A DNA stretch of 64,000 nucleotides from Flavobacteriales bacterium (GTDB taxonomy: Bacteria; Bacteroidota; Bacteroidia; Flavobacteriales_D; CAJJDF01): the NCBI GenBank assembly GCA_965655625.1, contig CBFHHA010000007.1, positions 11,844 through 75,843 of the forward strand, in the 5' to 3' direction. Positions 1 to 7,662 of this stretch are shown one piece after another. Under the pieces are notes generated by a model. It saw only the letters and a program-made list of their open reading frames with translations, made no database searches and was not told the DNA's origin. Position 1 is the first letter of the stretch; every line of letters starts with the position of its first letter. The position numbers were made by a program, and so were the translations under genes.

Positions 1-1461
1 TTGTCCTCTTCTTCCAAAGAAGTTTTAGAATTGATGGGAATAGTAAATAACAGCCCAACTGTAGTGTTAGCTCAACCTAATCACAACAATGTGACTTTAC
101 GTGGAGATACAACACCTACAGATCCTGGTTTTGGAAATCAATGGCATCACAAGAATATAGGTCAGTTTGGCGGTCAAGTCGGTGCAGATATGTCTTCAAT
201 ATCTGCCTGGGGAATCTCGCATAGTAATCTTTCCGCACTTGGAGATACATTAGTTGTTGCAGTAATTGACGATGGTTTTTTTCTGAATCATAACGACATT
301 AATTTTTTTAAAAATCATCAGGAGATACCTAATAACCAAATAGATGATGACGGGAATGGCTATGTGGACGATGTGCAGGGTTGGAATGCTAACCTAGATA
401 CAGGGGCTATTTCATCTAATTCCCATGGCACACATGTTTCTGGTATTTCTGGAGCTAAAGCAAACAACGGATTAGGTGGTGTAGGGGTAAACTGGGGAGT
501 AAAAATATTACCAGTTCAAAGTGGGGTGGCACTGGAGTCAGTTGTATTAAAGGCGTATGACTACGTTTTGAGCATGCGCAAACTATATGACGAAACTTCA
601 GGTGCTAAAGGTGCATTTGTGGTCGCGACAAATTCAAGTTTTGGTATAGATTACGCCAACGCTTCAAGTTACCCATTGTGGTGTGCTTTTTATGATACAT
701 TAGGTGCCTATGGAATACTAAGCTGCGGTGCAACTTCTAATAGTAATATTAATGTAGATGTTAGCGGAGATATTCCAACGACTTGTTCGAGTGATTATTT
801 AATTTCGGTAACGAATACCAATAGAAATGATACAAAAGTTACAGCAGGTTTTGGAGCTACGCACATCGATCTTGGCGCTCCTGGTTCGAGCATTTATTCT
901 ACCTTGCCTGGAAACTCATTTGGAAATCGTAGTGGAACTTCGATGTCTACTCCTCAGGTCGCGGGGGCAGTAGCCCTTATGCATTCCATCGGCTGTTCCA
1001 ATTTTGCATCAGAATATAAACTTCGACCTGACTCAATAGCTTTGATTATTAAAAATACGTTACTAACTTTTGGAGACTCTCTTTTTACTTTGCAAGGCAT
1101 TACAGTTTCGGGAAACCGATTGAATGTTCGAAAAGCCGGTTACGAGATAAGAACTTCTGGAGCTTGCTCGCTTACTTCAATTCCTGTTTTGAAAGAGAAG
1201 AGAAGTACATTAGAATTGTTTCCAAATCCTGCGATTTCTGAAATAAACTTAAAGTTATCTGAATTTGAAAAAGGTCCATACACCTTAGAGATATTTAGCT
1301 TGGAGGGAAGACTTGTGGAATCTACAAGTTTTCTTGTGTCACAAGAAACTCAATTGTTGAATAAACAATTAAGTTCCAATATGGAGGAAGGTATCTATTT
1401 TTTATGTCTCAAGTCATATTTTTCTCCCACCAAAACCATTAGATTTGTAATAAGTAAATAA
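1..1461 (+). CDS. Subtilisin-like serine protease (peptidase S8), N-terminus cut by the window edge, with a T9SS (Por) C-terminal sorting domain
   Basis: The ORF is open to base 1. Catalytic triad motifs are VAVIDDG (Asp), HGTHVSG (His) and GTSMSTPQVAG (Ser). The last ~85 aa (LELFPNPAISEINLKL...TIRFVISK) resemble a Bacteroidota T9SS CTD. Confidence 0.85.
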   Translation: MSSSSKEVLELMGIVNNSPTVVLAQPNHNNVTLRGDTTPTDPGFGNQWHHKNIGQFGGQVGADMSSISAWGISHSNLSALGDTLVVAVIDDGFFLNHNDINFFKNHQEIPNNQIDDDGNGYVDDVQGWNANLDTGAISSNSHGTHVSGISGAKANNGLGGVGVNWGVKILPVQSGVALESVVLKAYDYVLSMRKLYDETSGAKGAFVVATNSSFGIDYANASSYPLWCAFYDTLGAYGILSCGATSNSNINVDVSGDIPTTCSSDYLISVTNTNRNDTKVTAGFGATHIDLGAPGSSIYSTLPGNSFGNRSGTSMSTPQVAGAVALMHSIGCSNFASEYKLRPDSIALIIKNTLLTFGDSLFTLQGITVSGNRLNVRKAGYEIRTSGACSLTSIPVLKEKRSTLELFPNPAISEINLKLSEFEKGPYTLEIFSLEGRLVESTSFLVSQETQLLNKQLSSNMEEGIYFLCLKSYFSPTKTIRFVISK

Positions 1462-1506
1462 TTATGAATACCTCAATAGCACATAAAATTCTAGCTCTGG
1501 CTTTCA

Positions 1507-1893
1507 GTGCTGTTTTTTTTATTGAATGTATTTTTGCCTTCTATTATATTTACCCATTTCAAAATTAATCAAGGAATTATCGCAGCAACTTTGTGTGTAG
1601 ATAAAGACGTTGAAGAGTCAACCTGTAATGGTAAATGTCAATTAAAAAAATCTCTTGCAGTGGTGGAGGCTACGAAACCTCAAAAAGAAAATTTTGAACT
1701 CACTATTGAATCTCACATTACCGGTTTATTTTTTACCTCTATTGAGGAAATTCAATTCATAGATAGAAAAGAATTGAATCAATTTTTCGGTCTTTTAAAC
1801 CAAAATAATAGAGATGGTTTTTATAATCCATTGCTTCGCCCTCCCATTTTATCTTCATACCTCAATCTAGCAATCGAAAATCCATTGCTTTAA
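1507..1893 (+). CDS. Small membrane-anchored Cys-motif protein of unknown function, first gene of the MbnP/MbnH-like locus. Start is uncertain: GTG 1507 as given, or ATG 1464 if the T8 tract 1513-1520 were T7.
   Basis: 128-aa ORF with a hydrophobic N-terminus and the motif LCVDKDVEESTCNGKCQLKK. It lies on the same strand as, and tightly linked to, the downstream barrel/MbnP-like/peroxidase genes. An upstream ATG ORF (1464, 34 aa) would fuse in frame after loss of one T. Confidence 0.45.
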   Translation: MLFFLLNVFLPSIIFTHFKINQGIIAATLCVDKDVEESTCNGKCQLKKSLAVVEATKPQKENFELTIESHITGLFFTSIEEIQFIDRKELNQFFGLLNQNNRDGFYNPLLRPPILSSYLNLAIENPLL

Positions 1894-1920
1894 TTTATTA
1901 AGATAAAACTCATATTCAAC

Positions 1921-2885
1921 ATGAAAAAAACAATTGGCGTTTGGATGCTTTTTTTTAGCATTCAATGGCTTGGCTTGCGATATCTGCAACATGACAGTAA
2001 GCCTTACTCCAGATGACACCAAAAATAGGCTATCACTCCTTTACCGAAATAGGTTTGCTACCAAGACTTTTTCGTTTTTGACTTATTTGGCTCAACCCAA
2101 TGTGACCGGGAACAGACATAGTGGAGTAATTTCATTACCCGAGATGGAAAGTCAGCAACATTCGGAAACCTATTCGGTTATGGAAATTAGAGGAGTTTAT
2201 AATTTCTCCAATCGACTGAGAATAATTGGTTCATTGCCAATAATTAGGAATGAGAGAATAATCAATGACCAAAGACAATTTGTTATTTCTGGAGTGGGAG
2301 ATCCTTTCGTTTTGGCGAAATATAATTTGATTAGAACCAATAAGATAGAGGAAAATGAAGTGAATCACCGATTAACAATTGGTGCAGGAATAAAGGTTCC
2401 TTTAGGCAAATTTGATTTTAAGCAAAAAGGTGCTTTGGTTCAGCACGATATACAAGCCGGAACAGGAACGTTAGACTTTTTATTAGCTCTTGATTACACG
2501 GCAAAGTACAAAAATGGAGGAGTTATGTTTTCTTCCAATTATAAATTGAATACTTACAACAAGAATGTAGATTACATGTTTGGCAATACAGCACACTACT
2601 TTAAATGTATTTTATTCTAAAAAGATAAAGAAGGTAACATTGATGCCATACATTGGTTCTTATGTCGAGCATGGAAATACTGACATCGAGCATGGAAAGT
2701 ATGAGGAAAATACAGGAGGTTCTTTGTTATTCGGAACAGTTGGAACACAGTTGTTTCTGAATAATATTCAACTCGAATTGCTGTATCAACATACCCTCAT
2801 AAACAAGTTGAACGGAACTCTTCAACTTGACACAAGAAATAGAGTTCAGTTAGGAGTCCATTATTTATTTAATAGAAAAGAGTGA
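1921..2885 (+). pseudogene. Outer-membrane beta-barrel (transporter-like) gene interrupted by two frameshifts
   Basis: ATG 1921 encodes MKKTIGVWMLFF, a typical signal-peptide n/h-region, then leaves the frame at the T8 tract 1949-1956. The body runs 1934-2620 (ACDICN motif, alternating beta-strand pattern) and continues in another frame at 2580-2885, ending ...RVQLGVHYLFNRKE. The two track ORFs overlap by 41 nt. Confidence 0.55.
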
Positions 2886-2982
2886 GATTTGGTCCTAGAT
2901 GAAAAATAAATACGTCTTTGTGAAAAACAATAGACAATTAACTTAAAATACACTAAATTTAAAACTACCAAAAACGACAAAT

Positions 2983-3792
2983 ATGAAAAACACAATTTTA
3001 GCCTTAGCTTCACTTATTTTAATAGGAACAAGTTGTAAGAAGACAGATGATCCTATGGATAATAAAACGGACATGGTAAATACAGAAGTAAGTTTTATTT
3101 TTAAACAAAAATACAATGACAATGAAGTACTATCCTCTGATTTAGCCAGTACACAATACACTAATGCAAAAGGAAATGTTCATACAATTTCAAAATTACA
3201 ATATTTGGTTTCTAATATTACGTTGCACAAAACTGATGGAAGCGAAGTAGATTTAGGAGGGTACAACTTTGTGGATATCGATAAGCCATTAACTCGATTT
3301 TATACTCCGGGAGTTGCTATTCCTGAGGGGAAATACACGGGAATCTCAATGACTTTTGGTTTTGATGAAGAAGATAACCAAGACGGTGCTTACACGGATT
3401 TGAACGCAGCTTCATGGTCTTGGCCAATGATGATTGGAGGCGGTTATCATTTCTTAAAGTTCGAAGGAATGTTTGTGGATAATTCAGGAACCATGAAAGG
3501 GTTTGCTTACCACAATGGAACGGCCTCAAAAATGGAGAATGGAACGAGAATCAATGAAGCAAATCATTTTAGAGTAAGATTGTGGGATTACAATGGAGGG
3601 TTTGAAGTGAAAGAAGGAGAGAGGTTGAATATAGACATTGATATGAATATAGAAGAGTGGTTTCAAAATCCGGTGTTGTGGGATTTAAACCAGTATCACA
3701 TGATGTTAATGCCTAACTATACCGCACAAAAGATGATGAACAAAAATGGAAAATCTGTGTTCTCATTGGGAACAATTGCACCACAGTTATAA
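2983..3792 (+). CDS. MbnP-like lipoprotein, the putative copper-binding partner of the adjacent di-heme peroxidase
   Basis: Lipoprotein signal MKNTILALASLILIGTSCKK. It is ~270 aa and sits immediately upstream of (9 nt from) a MauG/MbnH-like peroxidase. The segment LQYLVSNITLHKTDGSEVDL resembles the MbnP family as I recall it. The assignment rests on size, context and motif memory. Confidence 0.55.
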   Translation: MKNTILALASLILIGTSCKKTDDPMDNKTDMVNTEVSFIFKQKYNDNEVLSSDLASTQYTNAKGNVHTISKLQYLVSNITLHKTDGSEVDLGGYNFVDIDKPLTRFYTPGVAIPEGKYTGISMTFGFDEEDNQDGAYTDLNAASWSWPMMIGGGYHFLKFEGMFVDNSGTMKGFAYHNGTASKMENGTRINEANHFRVRLWDYNGGFEVKEGERLNIDIDMNIEEWFQNPVLWDLNQYHMMLMPNYTAQKMMNKNGKSVFSLGTIAPQL

Positions 3793-3800
3793 AATAAAAT

Positions 3801-4925
3801 ATGAAGGGAATAAAAATAATTAGCTTAGTTATCGCCATTGCAGGATGTATTTCATCATGCCGCAGAGAAGGCTGTACGGATGAAATGGCCGATAATTTTG
3901 ATTCTAAAGCCAAAGTAGATAATGGAACATGCGAATATGGTAGCGAGTCGGGAACGCCAACACCTCTTTCGCTTTATATTCCAGCTACTTTTGGTAGGTT
4001 TTTGCCTGCACCGACCATTCCTGCGGATAATCCGACAACCGTTGAAGGTGTGGAACTTGGAAAGAAGTTATTTTTTGACAAAACCTTATCTGCTGATTTG
4101 ACTCAAGCTTGTGCGAGTTGCCACCTGCCTTCCCAATCTTTTGATGATACCAATAGATTTAGTGTAGGAATTGATGGAATTGCAGGAACCAGAAATGCAA
4201 TGCCTATCTTTAATCATGCTTGGAACTCGAACAAGAAGTTTTTTTGGGATGGAAGAGCACTAGGATTGGAGGAGCAAGCTTTAGAACCCGTCACAAATCC
4301 AATAGAGATGCACGATACTTGGTCCAATGTGGTTGCAAAATTGCAGGCCGATGCTTCCTATCCAAGTATGTTTCGTGCAGCTTTTGGAACTTCTACTGTT
4401 GATTCACTTCTGGCAGCTAAAGCAATTGCTCAATACGAAAGAACATTGATTTCGGGAAATTCAAGATTTGATCAATACACGCTAAGACAAATAGCGCTTA
4501 CACCTTCTGAACTTTCTGGATATAATTTGTTCATGAGTGAATCTGGAGCCGATTGTTTTCATTGTCATGGAGACATTACGAACCCGCTTTGGACTGATAA
4601 TTTGTTTCACAACAATGGGCTGGACGCCTCGTTTACTGATAACGGATTAGGAGATGTAACGGGTAATCCTGCGGACAATGGAAAGTTTAAAACACCTAGT
4701 TTGAGAAATTTGGCGTTTACTGCTCCTTACATGCACGATGGGAGATTTCAAACATTGGATGAAGTAATAGACCATTACAGCTCTGGACTTAAAGCTTCTT
4801 CGACTGTATCTCCCTTACTTAAAAATGTAAGTGCTGGAGGTGTTCAACTGTCACCACAAGAAAAAGCCGATTTAAAAGCATTTTTACTTACATTAACCGA
4901 TTCTAGTTTTGTTTCTGGATATTAA
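3801..4925 (+). CDS. Di-heme cytochrome c peroxidase family lipoprotein (MbnH/MauG-like)
   Basis: Two heme c motifs, CASCH and CFHCH. Also FFWDGRA, PSLRNLAFTAPYMHDGRFQTLDEVIDHY, a lipobox (IAGCISSC) and an N-terminal GCTDEMADNFDSKAKVDNGTCEY mini-domain. Confidence 0.85.
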   Translation: MKGIKIISLVIAIAGCISSCRREGCTDEMADNFDSKAKVDNGTCEYGSESGTPTPLSLYIPATFGRFLPAPTIPADNPTTVEGVELGKKLFFDKTLSADLTQACASCHLPSQSFDDTNRFSVGIDGIAGTRNAMPIFNHAWNSNKKFFWDGRALGLEEQALEPVTNPIEMHDTWSNVVAKLQADASYPSMFRAAFGTSTVDSLLAAKAIAQYERTLISGNSRFDQYTLRQIALTPSELSGYNLFMSESGADCFHCHGDITNPLWTDNLFHNNGLDASFTDNGLGDVTGNPADNGKFKTPSLRNLAFTAPYMHDGRFQTLDEVIDHYSSGLKASSTVSPLLKNVSAGGVQLSPQEKADLKAFLLTLTDSSFVSGY

Positions 4926-5118
4926 ATCGATTAAAAAGTAACTTCATTGAGTTGATCTTTTAGCCAAGTTGTGACACTGTATCGGGTTTGGTAACAAGGA
5001 ACCATACCCCAACTTTATCTTTTTACTTAAAAGTGTGCGAGATTAGAAACAAATCGGTTGTTAGAAGTTATTAAATTAAATTACTAGTACTGAATTATTT
5101 TTTTTAACTACCTGATAA

Positions 5119-6003
5119 TTATCTAGAAATGAAGGATAAAACTTTGTTGCTGTAATTTTGGAATCCCATAACTAGAGGCAAGTCTCCGTGGTTCCCTCCA
5201 TCAATTCTGTGAGGTTCTTTGAAAGTTCCTGTGTGGCGTTCAAAAATAGCTTCTCCATTCGAAATCGATAGGTAATCGTCCTCTTTACCATGAATCCACA
5301 TGAGTGGTTGAGACACGTTTTTTATTTTTTCAACATTATCAAACTTCAGACTTGTAAAAAAGGTAGAGGAGACATCAAGTAGTAAAGCTTCTTCCGTTAA
5401 ATTCTCAACAGAGGCCATTGGAGCCTCTATGATAAGCTTGTTAGGAGCTGATACAGTATAATAGGCTGACAAATCTATAGCGGGAATTGTTCCTAAACTA
5501 AACCCATACATAATGACTTGGTTGCTGGTTACATTTTTGGAATCTAACCAATCGAGGCATGTTCTTACGTCTTGGTATAAGCTTTCTTCTGTTGATTTCC
5601 CTGTGGATAAACCATAACCTCTGTAGTCCATCATTAGCACACCAAACCTATTTTTACTTCCAGTATTTGCTAAAAGTTTAGCCCTTTGCCAATAAGCATC
5701 CATGTGCTTGGATTGTCCATGACAGTATACAATTATGGTGTCGTTGGAAATAGAATTTATGTTGCCAATGTATACGGCATAAATCGTTTCTCCTTCGGAT
5801 TCATTTGGCAGCTTTGATTGTAAAGTCATAAGGTGAATGTTGCTGTCCGCTATGTTGTAGCTTTGTGGCAACGTTATTTCGTTTTCTCCTTCGTAATTTT
5901 CAAACTTGTATTCGGTTATCTTTTCACCCAAAAAAGGCAAGTCATCCATTTTAAAACAAGAGGAAAAAGCAATCAGACTAAAAATATAGAGTAGGTATTT
6001 CAT
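5119..6003 (-). CDS. Alpha/beta hydrolase, predicted lipoprotein
   Basis: Signal plus lipobox (IAFSSC), nucleophile elbow GFSLG, a downstream HG(K)EDD region and a GGNHGD His motif. Confidence 0.6.
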   Translation of the reverse strand: MKYLLYIFSLIAFSSCFKMDDLPFLGEKITEYKFENYEGENEITLPQSYNIADSNIHLMTLQSKLPNESEGETIYAVYIGNINSISNDTIIVYCHGQSKHMDAYWQRAKLLANTGSKNRFGVLMMDYRGYGLSTGKSTEESLYQDVRTCLDWLDSKNVTSNQVIMYGFSLGTIPAIDLSAYYTVSAPNKLIIEAPMASVENLTEEALLLDVSSTFFTSLKFDNVEKIKNVSQPLMWIHGKEDDYLSISNGEAIFERHTGTFKEPHRIDGGNHGDLPLVMGFQNYSNKVLSFISR

Positions 6004-6024
6004 AATTGTAGTAGGTTTAATGAG

Positions 6025-6699
6025 TTAAAATTTTCTGCCAATTCCAAAATAGATTCCAGAAGCTCCATTTTCCCCAAGAATAGAAAAATAAGGAACAAAC
6101 AAATTGACATTGTTGTGACTCGGTGCCAGAAATTTAGTTTCTATGGAATAGAACCATTTTTTTGATTTGAGAACAACACCCAGCTGCGGATTCACAAGCC
6201 ACCTGTCTAGCTGAGGTCTTTCTTGGGAACGAAACGCACCAAGTTCCCACCAATTAGAAACACCCGCATAGAAATAATGCTCTTTTTCACCAAAGTTCCA
6301 AAATGCATTAACATCCAGTTGTGGCCAAAACTTAAACATCCTATCATTCATGTCGTACACCGCATTTCCGTTTACTGAAGTACTAAGCGAAGGAATGAAA
6401 GGTTTTTTTGATTCATAGATTCTATAAGTCGCTCCTATATCCGTTTGAATATTACCGAAGAGCAAAGAGGTGAAATGAATACTGCCAAATACGGTAAGGT
6501 TTGTGTCAATTCCGCGCGCATAAACAACAGAACTTAAAGGGATTGGGATTACCGCTCCCGCAAATTCTATGGTAGGACCACCAATATCTAAGGCCAATAC
6601 TTGCTGACCTTTTTCGAGAGGCTCCACAAATCTTGAAGAAGCACAGGAGGCCAGAATAATTGTTAGGATAACAATGTAGAGTGAATGGAATGATTTCAA
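6025..6699 (-). CDS. Hypothetical lipoprotein / small outer-membrane beta-barrel
   Basis: TTG start, lipobox ILASCASS, alternating hydrophobic pattern and a C-terminal ...GIGRKF (terminal Phe). Confidence 0.4.
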   Translation of the reverse strand: MKSFHSLYIVILTIILASCASSRFVEPLEKGQQVLALDIGGPTIEFAGAVIPIPLSSVVYARGIDTNLTVFGSIHFTSLLFGNIQTDIGATYRIYESKKPFIPSLSTSVNGNAVYDMNDRMFKFWPQLDVNAFWNFGEKEHYFYAGVSNWWELGAFRSQERPQLDRWLVNPQLGVVLKSKKWFYSIETKFLAPSHNNVNLFVPYFSILGENGASGIYFGIGRKF

Positions 6700-6778
6700 A
6701 ATTATTTACTTTTAATTGAACGAATACTAAATAATGAATAAGTGGCGTTTAACACCCTCTTAATTTAAACCAAAAGTA

Positions 6779-7561
6779 ATGAAAATGAAAAACAAATGGA
6801 TTATCATATGGGCAATAGTTTTGATAAGCAACTTTTCAAATTCTCAAAAGTCGGATGAGTTTGTTACAAAATCAAATGAGAACTCTTTGGGTATGGATTT
6901 TGGCCTTGGAAATGGCAGTCCAAACTTTGGGATTACCTATCGAAGATTTTTTTCTGATTCGCGGTATAATTTTAGAGCCAATTTTAATTTAGGAGGATTG
7001 AATAACTTTCATTTTGTTGGTTCTAATGAGTATTTGTTTTTCCAAACCAACGACAGCATTATTCCTTTAATTGGTGTTTCAAGAAATCGTTTGGGTAGCG
7101 GAAACTATCAAAGAATAGAACTGGGAATCGAAAAAACCTTTGCTGTCTGGAAATTGAATTTGATTTGGGGAGGGGAGGTAACGTTTGGCCACTTAAGACG
7201 TGAAACTTACCAGCGTGTAGTGGAAGGAGGAATAGATACTGTAGAACAAAATGGATATAACTATTTTCAATATGGAGCAGTCTTCGATACGCTTAATCCT
7301 TTAGGTAATTTAAATGATTTAAACTCAGTTTATCATTACTTCACTTGTGGACTCAATGTCCGTTTAGGATTTAAGTTAGATATTTCTCCCCGTTTTTATT
7401 TCACTTCTTTTATGACTTTGTCGAGCGAACTTCAAATGATTGCGCAAGAAAAATATCACTACTCGAGCGAACGATACAAAGAACATCTTGTGGTAGCCAA
7501 AGGAGGTAATTTTTTGAACTTTTACACTTCCATAAATGCAGGAATTCATTATCGGTTTTAG
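6779..7561 (+). CDS. Hypothetical outer-membrane beta-barrel protein
   Basis: Signal peptide, Gly/aromatic-rich strand pattern and a C-terminal ...NAGIHYRF. Confidence 0.4.
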   Translation: MKMKNKWIIIWAIVLISNFSNSQKSDEFVTKSNENSLGMDFGLGNGSPNFGITYRRFFSDSRYNFRANFNLGGLNNFHFVGSNEYLFFQTNDSIIPLIGVSRNRLGSGNYQRIELGIEKTFAVWKLNLIWGGEVTFGHLRRETYQRVVEGGIDTVEQNGYNYFQYGAVFDTLNPLGNLNDLNSVYHYFTCGLNVRLGFKLDISPRFYFTSFMTLSSELQMIAQEKYHYSSERYKEHLVVAKGGNFLNFYTSINAGIHYRF

Positions 7562-7610
7562 GCAAAGTTTGGGAGTGAAAAAGGTCTGGATAATATTTTA
7601 TTTCAAGTTC

Positions 7611-7639
7611 TTGTTTCAACTCAATTTATGTTATTTTTG
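7611..7639 (+). promoter_or_regulatory. Putative Bacteroidota-type promoter of alaS (-33 TTG, -7 TATTTTTG)
   Basis: TTG at 7611-7613. TATTTTTG at 7632-7639 matches TAnnTTTG. The spacer is 18 nt and the box ends 24 nt before the ATG. Confidence 0.4.
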
Positions 7640-7662
7640 TTGATTAATCCCAAACAACAAAA

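Noticed and set aside
1513-1956. Programmed -1 ribosomal frameshifting on the U-rich heptamers of the two T8 tracts
   Set aside because: The -1 frame hits a stop almost immediately at both sites (tat tga at 1520-1525; tag at 1956-1958). Only a +1 shift, equivalent to loss of one T, joins the ATG segments to the long ORFs.
2943-3913. Minus-strand ORFs 2943-3161, 3317-3529 and 3713-3913, opposite the MbnP-like gene
   Set aside because: They are antisense to a gene with a clear lipoprotein signal and operon context, and they have no features of their own.
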